A DNA stretch of 64,000 nt from Candidatus Woesearchaeota archaeon (GTDB lineage: Archaea; Nanobdellota; Nanobdellia; Woesearchaeales; UBA119), in NCBI GenBank assembly GCA_035363095.1, contig DAOSEK010000001.1, positions 17,233-81,232 of the forward strand, in the 5' to 3' direction. Below the pieces are notes generated by a model that did no database searches, was not told where the DNA came from, and worked only from the letters and a program-made list of their open reading frames with translations. Numbering within the stretch: the stretch's first letter is position 1; each line of letters begins with the position of its first letter. A program made the position numbers and the translations under genes. Shown here piece after piece: positions 41,059-50,697 of this stretch.

Positions 41059-41439
41059 GGGATTATAAGCATTACAAGGTAATATAAAAGTTTTTCCTAA
41101 TGGATTTTTATTGATGGATTTTGGAGGATTTTTTGTATTTTTTAGGAAGTATGTTAATTATCATAAAATTCTTTAATGTTCTTTTTTTGTGATTTAGCAA
41201 TTGAGATTTAGCACCACGAGTTTTGTTTTCCAAGTTAGTAATACCATCTTTATTGAACTTCTTTTACCATTGATATAAAGTTTTTATTTATATTTTGTCT
41301 TCTATTGATTTGAGCCATAGTAGGTACACCTAATTTCATTTTCTTAGCGCACTAAATTTTTACTATTATCTAATATCTAACTTTTAACTTTTTGCCAGTT
41401 TTTTGCAAGTTATAAAATAATATGGAGAATGTATTTTTC

Positions 41440-42490
41440 GTTATTATAGTATAAGACATAAATAACGCATACTTTATATAGTAATTGTACCATTATGTTC
41501 TTATGATAAACTTACAAACTCGTGAACTCTTTCTTAAGTGGAAAAAAGAAGGTAAAACGCAACAAAACATCGCTGAATTAGTGGGTTGTAATCAATCTGC
41601 GGTTAGTCGTTTATTAGTAAAGCACAAAAAGATGAGAAGTGTCAAGAACATTCCTCGTAGTGGTCGACCAACACCGCTAACAAAGGAAACACTTACTAAA
41701 CTCAAAAAAGAGTTTAAAAAACAGACAAGAGCGGCAAATAAAAAATTTTGTTCAATCGACACAAAACTATTTTCTCAATTAATTGAAAAAGAGGCGAATA
41801 AAAAATACACCACAAGACATATTGAAAGAATTATGCACAAATAGGGGGTTTTTTAATAACTAATCGTTCACAGCATATCAAAAATGATCCGAAAAAAATG
41901 CAGAATTTCGTGAAGATTTTAAAAAAAACAAAAAACAATATATTTGGGTCCTGAAATTATAGCAATAGACGAAGCAAGTTTTCAATTAACAACAACCTAC
42001 AAAAAAATTTTGTTTTCTCGTGGAGAAACACCGCTAGGTGCATTTTTTTGGAGCAACAAAAAACTTATAACTTTTGGTGCTTTAACAAGCGAACACAAAT
42101 TCTACTACGATTTTTATTACTTACAAAATAGTTTAACATTCAAACACTTTTTAAGAACCTTGTTTGAAAAATTAGACAAGAAAAAGAAATACTTTTTGAT
42201 CTTAGACAACGTAGGATTTCATAAAACGATATGCCTAAAAAATTTACTCTAAGAATACTCCCATCAAATAAGTGTCGAGCATATTCCACCTTTCTCTCCC
42301 GAACTAAATCCAATAGAAACATGCTGGAAAGTAACAAAAAATTATATGACACTATCCTAACATTTCAAAGACCTATACGAAATGCAAGAAAAGTTAGAAA
42401 ATTTTTGGTCAGAACAGATTTTTATGCAAGATTTTATGCGTTACTTATGTCGCCAACTACTATAATATTACTAAATAGAACAAATGTATT
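41440..42490 (+). mobile_element. Decayed IS630/Tc1-mariner-family insertion sequence, boundaries approximate
   Basis: ORF 41485-41844 is the HTH N-terminal part of an IS630 transposase (QQNIAELVGCNQSAVSRLL...RSGRPTPL). ORF 41944-42252 carries the DDE core (IDEASF...LDNVGFHKT). After an in-frame TAA at 42250 the same frame continues with the third acidic residue region (SVEHIPPFSPELNPIETCWKVTKNY), ending at 42357. The HTH and DDE parts lie in different frames. Confidence 0.75.
41944..42357 (+). pseudogene. IS630-family DDE transposase catalytic domain interrupted by an in-frame stop
   Basis: See the mobile_element entry. The D, D and E motifs are present but are split by a TAA at 42250-42252. 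The catalytic domain is separated by a frame change from the upstream HTH ORF. Confidence 0.65.
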
Positions 42491-42536
42491 TTACGATAAC
42501 GAAAAATTATTAAGCATAAAGGGCAAAGAAAAATAC

Positions 42537-43820
42537 ATGAAACGAACCTTGACAGTAGATGTTGCTGATAGAATTGGCGAGAAAGTTAAGATATGTGGCA
42601 GGGTATCTAATATAAGGATTTTCAAGGAAGTTGAATTTTACATTATTAGAGACAGGACAGGAGAGATTCAGGCTGTTTTTGAATCACAAAATGCTTTTAA
42701 AAAAGACGTTAAGAAGAATGCCATTGTTGAAGCCTATGGAGAGATAATTAGTGAAAATAGAGCTCCAGGGGGTTTTGAGCTAATAGTTGAAAGAATTGAT
42801 ATTTCATCTGAACCTCTGATTTCGCAACCTATTTCAACAGAGTCATGGTCAAAAACTAACATTGATTTAGAATTGGACAACAGAGCAATTTCACTTAGAA
42901 ATCCTGCAAATATAGATATTTTTGAACTTCAAAGTGCCATAGCAAAATACTTTAGAGATTTCTTTAGCAATCAAGATTTTGTAGAAGTATTTACACCAAA
43001 AATCGTAAGTAAAGGAGTCGAATCAGGTTCAAAAACGTTTAAATTAAATTATTTTGGACATCAAGTAGAACTAGCACAAAGTCCACAACTTTATAAGCAA
43101 ATCTTAGTAGGTACACAACTTGAAAGAGTGTTTGAAATTGGACATGCTTACAGAGCAGAATTGCATGATACTCCAAGGCATTTAAATGAGTTTATTAGCA
43201 TGGATGTGGAGATGTCTTACATTGATTGTTTAGACGATCTTTTAAAACTTGAAGAATCGTTTTTACATCAGCTCTTTTCAGAAATTAATATAAATTTCAA
43301 GGATATGTTAAATAGGAGAAAAATTGAACAACTGCCAGAAATAAAGAATATTCCAAGGGTGGCTTATGAAGAACTAAAAAAAATGTACAAAAAAATTAGG
43401 AAACATGAAGTTTCGATAAAGGATAGCAATTTAGAAAAATTTGCCTGTGACTATTTTATGGAAACAGAAAAGCTACCACTTGTGTTTATTACACATTTTC
43501 CATTAGTACAAAGACCATTTTACACAAAGCCGTCAGATGATGGAGTTTGTTCCGAGTCTTTTGATTTAATATATAGTGGATTAGAAATTACATCAGGTAG
43601 CATGAGAATTCATCAATATGACTTACTTAAAGAAAGCTTAAGAAAGTATAAGATTGATGAGGGAGGGATTAAATCTTATTTACAAGCATTTGAAGGTGGA
43701 ATGCCAAAACACGGTGGGTTTGCCATTGGACTTGAAAGATTGACATCACAAATTCTCAATCTGGATAATGTAAAACTAGCATCGCTATTTCCAAGAGATC
43801 GAAAGAGATACGTTCCCTGA
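42537..43820 (+). CDS. Class IIb aminoacyl-tRNA synthetase of the AspRS/AsnRS type (paralog 1)
   Basis: An N-terminal OB-fold anticodon-binding domain is present (VKICGRVSNIRIF...IIRDRTGEIQAVFE). Class II motifs are present (QSPQLYKQ, FEIGHAYRAELHDTPRHLNEFISMDVEM, GGFAIGLERL). The C-terminus is LFPRDRKRYVP. The track ORF start at 42231 reads through IS630 remnant sequence. The likely start is the ATG at 42537 (MKRTLTV). Confidence 0.7.
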   Translation: MKRTLTVDVADRIGEKVKICGRVSNIRIFKEVEFYIIRDRTGEIQAVFESQNAFKKDVKKNAIVEAYGEIISENRAPGGFELIVERIDISSEPLISQPISTESWSKTNIDLELDNRAISLRNPANIDIFELQSAIAKYFRDFFSNQDFVEVFTPKIVSKGVESGSKTFKLNYFGHQVELAQSPQLYKQILVGTQLERVFEIGHAYRAELHDTPRHLNEFISMDVEMSYIDCLDDLLKLEESFLHQLFSEININFKDMLNRRKIEQLPEIKNIPRVAYEELKKMYKKIRKHEVSIKDSNLEKFACDYFMETEKLPLVFITHFPLVQRPFYTKPSDDGVCSESFDLIYSGLEITSGSMRIHQYDLLKESLRKYKIDEGGIKSYLQAFEGGMPKHGGFAIGLERLTSQILNLDNVKLASLFPRDRKRYVP

Positions 43821-43826
43821 AAAATG

Positions 43827-43926
43827 AAAAATCTCAATATAAATATTCAATGTATTTCGCAAATAGTTGAGGTTAATTTTTTGTGAGTCCATCTCTTCTC
43901 ACGTTGGTATTAGGACCAAAGTATAT
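43827..43926 (+). repeat. Degenerate partial copy of repeat module A
   Basis: The copy reads gaaaaatctcaatataaatattcaatgtatttcgcaaatagttgaggttaatttt...ggaccaaagtatat. It is collinear with the module A 5' part and the accaaagtat segment. Confidence 0.5.
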
Positions 43927-43983
43927 AAAATAATTGATCCACAAAATCAAAATTAGATAAAGTAACTTGTGAGGTGTAACAGG

Positions 43984-45018
43984 ATGTATGGTAAAAAAAA
44001 GTCAGTGTTGATATTGAAAACAGGCGGTACTATTGCGATGGAGAAAAATAGTCTAGGGGTTTTAGCACCAACATCAAATGGTTTTATTGATAAAATACCT
44101 GGTATCGGAGATATAGCTAAAATTGATACGATAGACCTCATGAATATAGACAGCACTAATATGACTACAGAATATAGAACAAAAATAGCAAGTGAGATTT
44201 ATAAGAAATATTTTCACTACGATGGCTTTGTGATTACGCATGGAACGGATACAATGGTAGATACTGCTGCCGCGTTGAATTACATGTTGCAAGACATTGG
44301 CAAACCAATAGTTCTAACAGGTTCCCAAATTCCTATTTCTGCGGGTGCCAGTAGCGATGCAATGAGAAATATATATCTTGCAGTAAAGACAGCAACATCT
44401 GATTTTAGAGAAGTAGTTATTAGTTTTGGTAACTATGTTCTTAGAGGAAATCGAGCAATTAAAAAAAGTGAATGGGAATTTGATGCATTTGATACACCTC
44501 GGGCAGGATACCTTGCAGAAGCTGGAATTGAGTTTATATTATCTGACTCGCGAATACCTAGAAACAAAAAAACACCAAAACTATATGCCAATTTTGATTC
44601 TAAAGTAAATTATATATCTCAAACTTCAGGAGGCCAAAATTCTCCAATAAAGTATTATGCTGATAACCCCAGAGATATAAGTGGCTTAGTTATTGAGGGT
44701 TATGGTGCAGGAAATATTCAAACACACCTACTACCAAGCCTTCAGAGGATGACCAAAATGGGAAAAATAATAGTAGTTACAACAAATTGTCTAAATGGCA
44801 GAGCAGATTTAAACCTTTATGAAGTAGGAGATTTGGCGATGAAAAGTGGTATTTTATCTGGGAAAGACATGACATCACACACTGCAGTACAAAAGCTTAT
44901 GTGGGCGTTAGGAATTTCAAAAAACATAACAGACAAGTATCATAAAATACAAAAAGTCAAAGAACTCTTTTACAAACCTATTGGTAGAGACATAGAATTG
45001 TCGTATAGCCTACGCTAA
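43984..45018 (+). CDS. Type I L-asparaginase
   Basis: The N-terminal TGGTIAM threonine motif is present (VLILKTGGTIAMEKN). GTDTM and a second Thr/Lys region are present. The protein is ~345 aa. The GTG track start at 43969 was replaced by the ATG at 43984, which lies 8 nt after a gaggtg Shine-Dalgarno-like site. Confidence 0.75.
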   Translation: MYGKKKSVLILKTGGTIAMEKNSLGVLAPTSNGFIDKIPGIGDIAKIDTIDLMNIDSTNMTTEYRTKIASEIYKKYFHYDGFVITHGTDTMVDTAAALNYMLQDIGKPIVLTGSQIPISAGASSDAMRNIYLAVKTATSDFREVVISFGNYVLRGNRAIKKSEWEFDAFDTPRAGYLAEAGIEFILSDSRIPRNKKTPKLYANFDSKVNYISQTSGGQNSPIKYYADNPRDISGLVIEGYGAGNIQTHLLPSLQRMTKMGKIIVVTTNCLNGRADLNLYEVGDLAMKSGILSGKDMTSHTAVQKLMWALGISKNITDKYHKIQKVKELFYKPIGRDIELSYSLR

Positions 45019-45317
45019 AATTTGTCCAAAAATAGTAAAAAAAAGACTACTCAGAGAAGATTAAGCATGGCAAAAAAGAAATTATTATATTGTCATCACT
45101 TTGAAAATTGTTGATAGCAAATTTGAACCAACGGAAAATTTAAAATGTTTTTATGTGTGGCAATTAAGAAATATCTTTTATGTGAAGTATATTGCATATA
45201 GAGTTTTGTTTGGAGATCATAAATTGTTAATTATACCAAATAATTACATGTTACTTTTGAAAAGAATTTAACATTTTTTCAAAGGATAATTATTTAAATA
45301 GAATACGGGGATTTGCA

Positions 45318-46664
45318 ATGATTAAAACAAGATTTATTGAAGAGATTATTAAGGACAACAAAGAAGGTAATGAACAGGTTCACGGATGGATAATTGGAAA
45401 AAGAAAATCAAAAAACTATATTTTTTTAGATATTAAAGATAGTACTGGGGTTATTCAAGTTGTACTAAACAAAAAAAAAAATGTTAACGAAGATATTGAT
45501 TATATCAAAAATCTTAAATTAAACTCTGCAGTGAGTGTAACTGGGGCGTATAATAATTCTAGAAATCAGCCTGAGATTATTGCATCATTTTACAAAATAG
45601 AAAAAGAAGCAACATTAAATTTACAGCCAAATCCAAGTAATCCACTCTTAAATCCTTTTAATGAAAATTTTATTAAGCATTTAACTAAACATCCCACATT
45701 TTACATTTCTAATAGGAAGTTAGCTACCGTTTTAAAAATAAAATCAAGATTTAGACATAATCTGGCGAGTTGGTTTTGGAGCAATAAATATGTCCAAATG
45801 GAACCCCCCGAGTTCACAAATCAAACTCTTTATGATGATAATGGTGCTTTTTGGATTAACTTAAATGGTCAAAAGATATCATTATCTAGATGTGCAACAT
45901 TTCATTTAGAACCTGGGATAATAGCTTACGAAAAAGTATTTTGCATAACTGAAACTCACGCAAACGAAATGAGTAGGTCTAAGAGACATTTAGCAGAATT
46001 TACACATCTTAAAGCAGAACTCGCGTGGGCAAATTTAGAAGATTTGATGAGTATTGCTGGAAAGATGCTTTATGAAACAGTCAGACAAACAGTTAGTGAT
46101 TGTCAGAAAGAAATTGAAATATTGGGTTTAGGTAATATTATTGAAGATAAAATAAATAGACTTAATCCCAAGAACTACAAAATTATATCCTATGATGATG
46201 CAATTGAATTGATAAAGAAAAAAGGAAAATCATTTGACTACGGAAAAAGTTTGTCTAATAAAGATGAAGAAATCCTTACCTTGGCACACAATAATTCTTT
46301 GTTATGGATTAAATTTATTCCTTGTACTGCAGAAGGGTTTCCTTTTAAGCGCAAAAATGATACTCCTCATTTAACAATGGTAAGTGATTTAATTGCTCCT
46401 GGAGGATTTGGTGAGATTTTGGGTATTGCTGAAAAAATAACAGACTATGATGAATTACTATCTAGGATGAAAGAAAAAGGAAAAGATACGCCTGAACAAC
46501 TAGAAAGGTACAAAGATTATTTAGATTTGAGAAAATGTGGTTTACCAGAACATGGTGGAATTGGTATGGGAATTGAACGTGTGGTAAGATTTTTGCTAGA
46601 TTTAAAACATGTGAGATATACAAGACCTTTTCCTGTAATCCATAAAACAAAAATTAATTTCTAA
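45318..46664 (+). CDS. Divergent AspRS/AsnRS-like class II aminoacyl-tRNA synthetase paralog (paralog 3)
   Basis: An OB-fold-like N-terminus is present (VHGWIIGKRKSKNYIFLDIKDSTGVIQVV). A motif-2-like segment (FHLEPGIIAYEKVFCITETHANEMSRSKRHLAEFTHLKAEL) and motif 3 (GLPEHGGIGMGIERVVRFL) are present. It lacks the canonical FPRDxxRLxP ending and ends PFPVIHKTKINF. Confidence 0.6.
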   Translation: MIKTRFIEEIIKDNKEGNEQVHGWIIGKRKSKNYIFLDIKDSTGVIQVVLNKKKNVNEDIDYIKNLKLNSAVSVTGAYNNSRNQPEIIASFYKIEKEATLNLQPNPSNPLLNPFNENFIKHLTKHPTFYISNRKLATVLKIKSRFRHNLASWFWSNKYVQMEPPEFTNQTLYDDNGAFWINLNGQKISLSRCATFHLEPGIIAYEKVFCITETHANEMSRSKRHLAEFTHLKAELAWANLEDLMSIAGKMLYETVRQTVSDCQKEIEILGLGNIIEDKINRLNPKNYKIISYDDAIELIKKKGKSFDYGKSLSNKDEEILTLAHNNSLLWIKFIPCTAEGFPFKRKNDTPHLTMVSDLIAPGGFGEILGIAEKITDYDELLSRMKEKGKDTPEQLERYKDYLDLRKCGLPEHGGIGMGIERVVRFLLDLKHVRYTRPFPVIHKTKINF

Positions 46665-46737
46665 AGTTAAATATAAGTTGTTCTCTTCAAAAGAACAAAT
46701 CTTACAGGTTTTTGGTGTTAATAATGAACCTCTCCCC

Positions 46738-47170
46738 CTAAAAGAAGGAGTATCTGTTAAGCGATTGTTGGTTAATAACAGCTCGATTTGATTGTGCGAT
46801 ATAATTTTTTATTACCTCTGCGGTTACATTACCAACACTTCGAAAAAAATTTCTAGGACTCCAAAGATGCCCCTTCCTGAAATAACCTCTCAACCACTTG
46901 TGCTTTTGGAAAAGCTTATAAGAGCTGTATCCCTTTAAGAGGTTGAACGCCTTTGAAACGCTCATTGTTGGTGGCACTTCAACAAAAAAATGAACGTATC
47001 AGTCATAACTTAAAGTTCGTATAATTGCATCCCATAACGTGATATGGCCTCTTTTAATATTACTTCACAGTCAGCCTTTACCCATGGGAATTTGAAACAA
47101 TCCCATGCATATTTTGGTTTCCATACCAGATGAAAACTGTTTTGTCCAACGCTGTGTGCGAAATTTGTTA
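46738..47170 (-). pseudogene. tnpA: IS200/IS605-family Y1 (HUH) transposase tnpA, disrupted by a stop plus frameshift
   Basis: Minus-strand translation gives the N-terminal part MEITNFAHSVGQNSFHLVWKPKY...PWVKADCEVILKEAISRYGMQLYEL*. After a one-base frame change it gives YVHFFVEVPPTMSVSKAFNLLKGYSSYKLF...WLRGYFRKGHLWSPRNFFRSVGNVTAEVIKNYIAQ. Together these match the IS200 TnpA consensus (HxH...PKY...DHVHLLV.IPP..SVS...LKG.SS...W...YF..SVG). Confidence 0.75.
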
Positions 47171-47290
47171 TTTCCATTTAGCTCATCTCCGAAGAGCAAA
47201 GCTCACGCTAACTTCGGGTGGTTAGTGCGTGGCGCAAAAAATTTTCGCTCGCCACGTATTTTTTTATTTTAGAAAAGAAAAAGATTTGTG
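47170..47290. mobile_element. GC-rich hairpin-bearing IS200/IS605 end region
   Basis: Two perfect palindromes are present: ccgaag...cttcgg and cgtggcgcaaaaaattttcgctcgccacg. They lie adjacent to the tnpA pseudogene. The local composition contrasts with the AT-rich surroundings. Confidence 0.5.
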
Positions 47291-47589
47291 TAAAAAAGAC
47301 AAGCCTTCAGTCTAAAGACTGAGGTATTTAATACGTTTAACTAGAGAATTATCTTATAGCTCAAATTTTTTTGAACTAAAATTATGAAACCCTATAGGAA
47401 TCCTTGTGCACTTTATCAAATGCCTCACAGGTCAGTTTTTTCATTTATTCAGTTGAAGTAACATATGAACCTGCCCAAAACTATTTTATTGCTTAAGAGA
47501 AATTTAAATTTTTAGAATCTCAACGTATCGAACTAATAGATAATTTTATAAATGAGTCTTTTTTTCTTTTTGGAAGTATTGATATTTTT

Positions 47590-47662
47590 GGCTCCGTAGC
47601 TCAGTAGGTGGAGCGCACGACTGTTAATCGTGAGGTCGGCAGTTCGAGGCTGCCCGGAGCCG
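47590..47662 (+). tRNA. tRNA-Asn (anticodon GTT)
   Basis: The sequence is GGCTCCGTAGCTCAGTAGGTGGAGCGCACGACTGTTAATCGTGAGGTCGGCAGTTCGAGGCTGCCCGGAGCCG. The anticodon stem CACGA/TCGTG encloses loop CTGTTAA. A T-tract follows. Confidence 0.85.
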
Positions 47663-47702
47663 CTTTTTTACTTGTCATGTGTAGATAAGGAGTGTTATAT
47701 GA

Positions 47703-48995
47703 ATGAAAATTTCCGAACTAAAAGAAGGAATGGAGAATATTGAAATTTATGCTTCAGTTCAAGATACAAAAGCAATTGGGAAGATAATTTTTTTAAAGTT
47801 AAGAGATGACAGCGGGCTTGTCCAACTCACTTGCATTGAAGGAAGTGATATACCTTTTGATGGCATTAAATCTATAAAAAAGGAGTTTTATGTAAGAGTA
47901 AAAGGGGATGTAAGAGCTTCTAAAAATGAAGGGAGTATTGAAATCATTCCAAAACATATTATAGTTGTTTCTGAAAGTTCAGGTGATTTACCATTCAAGA
48001 TAAATAATGAATTTGAGAAGGTTTCTCAGGATAAAAGGTTAGATTGGCGCTCTTTGGATTTGCGAAGCTTAAGATTACAATCTATTTTCAAGATACAATC
48101 AGCGATTGTGGAAGGTATTACACAAGAGTTATTTTCTAAAGGATTTCGAATTTCATTTACGCCTTGTTTACTGAATACTGCATCAGAATCAGGTTCTGAG
48201 GTGTTCCCAGTCATATATTTTGACAAAGAAGCATTTCTCAGACAAGACCCACAGCTACATAGGCAACTTACTATTGCTGGTGGAGCCAAAAAGATATTTG
48301 ATTTGGGTCCAGCTTGGAGAGCAGAAAAATCACATACAAAGTACCATCTATGTGAGCACAGGGTTTGTGCGGTAGAATGCGCAGATATTGAAGATGAACG
48401 TGACATTATGAGAGTCGAAGAGTCTTTGATAGTCTCAGCAATTAATAAAGTTAATCAAACTTGCAAAGATGAATTAGAAAGACTAAATACAAGCATTTGT
48501 GTTCCTAAAACACCCTTTCCAGAGTTGACTTTCCCTGAAATATTCTCGATTTTGAAAGAAAGTGGAAAGGAAACTTTCGACAGCGAAGATTTGGATAAAG
48601 AAGCAGAGCAAATTTTAGCTAAATATGTTAAGGATAAATATGACTCAGATTTTTATTTTGTTAACAGATTTGCTTTCTCGATAAAGCCATTTTATGTAAT
48701 GAGAATAGATGATAATCCTAAACGGGCAAGATCTGTGGATTTGTATTATAAGGATCTAGAGTTGAGTTCTGGTGGACAACGAGAGCACAGATATGAGTAT
48801 TTGATGAGAAACATTGAAGAAAAGGGTGTTAAAATCTCTGAGGTTGAATGGTTTGTGAAATTCTTTAAGTATGGCGTTGCGCCTCATGGGGGATTTGCTT
48901 TAGGAATAGAAAGATTAACACTCGCACTTACTAAAAGTGAAAATATTAGAGATTGTGTACTGTTTCCAAGAGATCCAGAGAGGTTAAATCCATGA
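47703..48995 (+). CDS. aspS: Aspartyl-tRNA synthetase, archaeal type (paralog 2; likely non-discriminating given the downstream gatCAB)
   Basis: An OB-fold N-terminus is present (IGKIIFLKLRDDSGLVQLTC). The class II core and the ending APHGGFALGIERLTLALT...VLFPRDPERLNP are present. The Shine-Dalgarno site aaggagtg lies 9 nt upstream. The stop overlaps the gatC start (ATGA). Confidence 0.8.
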   Translation: MKISELKEGMENIEIYASVQDTKAIGKIIFLKLRDDSGLVQLTCIEGSDIPFDGIKSIKKEFYVRVKGDVRASKNEGSIEIIPKHIIVVSESSGDLPFKINNEFEKVSQDKRLDWRSLDLRSLRLQSIFKIQSAIVEGITQELFSKGFRISFTPCLLNTASESGSEVFPVIYFDKEAFLRQDPQLHRQLTIAGGAKKIFDLGPAWRAEKSHTKYHLCEHRVCAVECADIEDERDIMRVEESLIVSAINKVNQTCKDELERLNTSICVPKTPFPELTFPEIFSILKESGKETFDSEDLDKEAEQILAKYVKDKYDSDFYFVNRFAFSIKPFYVMRIDDNPKRARSVDLYYKDLELSSGGQREHRYEYLMRNIEEKGVKISEVEWFVKFFKYGVAPHGGFALGIERLTLALTKSENIRDCVLFPRDPERLNP

Positions 48996-49273
48996 GAATA
49001 GATGAACAAACTATTGAAATTTTGTCCAATATTTCTAAATTGAAACTAAGTGCTGATGAACAGAATCATATGATAGTTGATCTTAAAGGCATTCTTAATG
49101 CTTTTATAGCAATACAAGAAATTGATGTTCATAATTTGGAAAGTGCCATATTGCCCATTCACTTTGAGAACTGTATTAGGAATGATGAAGCCAGGGTTTT
49201 TGAAGAAGATGCTACATCAACAGCAATATATATTATCGATAATTTTATAATCGGTCCGAGGACTTTAGAATGA
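48992..49273 (+). CDS. gatC: Asp/Glu-tRNA amidotransferase subunit C
   Basis: The ~93 aa ORF is coupled by ATGA overlaps to aspS upstream and gatA downstream. Its size and position are typical for GatC. The track start (48953) lies inside aspS. The ATG at 48992 (MRIDEQTIE) was chosen. Confidence 0.65.
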   Translation: MRIDEQTIEILSNISKLKLSADEQNHMIVDLKGILNAFIAIQEIDVHNLESAILPIHFENCIRNDEARVFEEDATSTAIYIIDNFIIGPRTLE

Positions 49274-50697
49274 TTATAGAACACATAAATAACGTGAATT
49301 GTGAGAAAATAGACTTAACATCGTTTGCTAAATCTGTTATTGATGAGATAAAGGATATAAACTCGAAGATTTACTGTTTCAATTGTGTTTGCGAGGATTC
49401 TGCACTAAAGGATGTCCAGATAGTGAGTAAACGCAAAAAACTGGAAAAAGGAACCCTTGCAGGGTTAATAATTTCTGTAAAAGATAACATTTGCGTTAAA
49501 GATGTTGAGACTACAGCAGGTTCAAAAATCCTTTCAGGATATAAGCCAGTATTCAATGCAACGGTTGTTGAAAAGCTCAAAATGGAAGGAGCGATAATAG
49601 TAGGAAAAACTTCTATGGACGAGTTTGGATTTGGTGGCTTTAATATTAATACAGGAGTAGATTTTAAGGTCCCTTTAAATCCAATAGACCTCAAAAGAAG
49701 TACAGGAGGTTCTAGTGGAGGAAGTGGAGCAGTAACAAAAGTAGTTGATTTTGCTCATGTTTCGATTGCTGAAAGCACAGGTGGTTCTATTGAATGTCCA
49801 GCATCATTTTGTGGGGATGTTGGTTTTTGTCCAACATATGGTAGGATAAGCAGGTTTGGTCTTATTTCATATGCCAATTCATTAGACAAAATTGGTATAT
49901 TGTCAAAAGATGTGGAGGATATAATCCCTGTTTTTAATGCAGTTGCAGGTAAGGACAATAAAGATCCTACTTGCATAACTGATACAATTAAACTAAAAAA
50001 AGCAATAGCAAAAAAAAAATTTAAAATTGGTATAATTAGTGAGTCATTTGATGACTATATTGCCGATTATATTAAAGAACATCTAAGGGTACTAATAAAT
50101 CTAATCAAGAAGAAGCATGAAATTTTTGAAGTTTCTTTACCTTTCACTTTTAAGTACGGAGTGCCAACATATTACATAATTGCTACAAGCGAAGCATCAA
50201 CAAATCTTTCCAAATTCTGTGGGTTAAGATATGGAATTCAGGCAGATCCAAAGACTAAGACATTTTCCAATTTTTTTTCAGAAATAAGGTCTGAGAATTT
50301 GGGAAAAGAAGCAAAACGTAGGATTTTACTTGGAACCTATGCTAGAATGGCAGGTTATAGAGATGAATATTATCTCAAAGCAACAAAAGTCAGGCGACTT
50401 ATAATAGATGAATATAAAGAGGCTTTCAAAAAGTATGATGTTTTAATTTCTCCAACCACCCCAATGTGTGCACCATTATTTTCAGAAATATCGAAGATGG
50501 ATGTTGTGGAACAATATTTGTTTGATCAATTAACAGTTGGTCCAAATCTCGCAGGTTTACCTCATGCATCAATCCCTTTTGCAAAATTCGGTGAAATGCC
50601 TTTAGGACTAATGGTTGTTTCAGATCACTATAAAGAACAGGAACTCATTGATTTTCTGTTTGAAATTGAGAAGGTTGGTAAGGAGAATGGAATTTAA
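49270..50697 (+). CDS. gatA: Asp/Glu-tRNA amidotransferase subunit A (amidase family)
   Basis: The amidase signature is GGSSGGSGAVTKVVDFAHVSIAESTGGSIECPASFCG (GGSSGG...TGGS(I/V)R-type). The protein is 475 aa. Confidence 0.85.
   Translation: MIIEHINNVNCEKIDLTSFAKSVIDEIKDINSKIYCFNCVCEDSALKDVQIVSKRKKLEKGTLAGLIISVKDNICVKDVETTAGSKILSGYKPVFNATVVEKLKMEGAIIVGKTSMDEFGFGGFNINTGVDFKVPLNPIDLKRSTGGSSGGSGAVTKVVDFAHVSIAESTGGSIECPASFCGDVGFCPTYGRISRFGLISYANSLDKIGILSKDVEDIIPVFNAVAGKDNKDPTCITDTIKLKKAIAKKKFKIGIISESFDDYIADYIKEHLRVLINLIKKKHEIFEVSLPFTFKYGVPTYYIIATSEASTNLSKFCGLRYGIQADPKTKTFSNFFSEIRSENLGKEAKRRILLGTYARMAGYRDEYYLKATKVRRLIIDEYKEAFKKYDVLISPTTPMCAPLFSEISKMDVVEQYLFDQLTVGPNLAGLPHASIPFAKFGEMPLGLMVVSDHYKEQELIDFLFEIEKVGKENGI

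Noticed and set aside
42231-42536. N-terminal 100 aa of the 529-aa track ORF preceding synthetase paralog 1
   Set aside because: This stretch overlaps the IS630 transposase remnant in another frame and has no synthetase-like sequence. The true start is most likely the ATG at 42537 (MKRTLTV), where the OB-fold begins.
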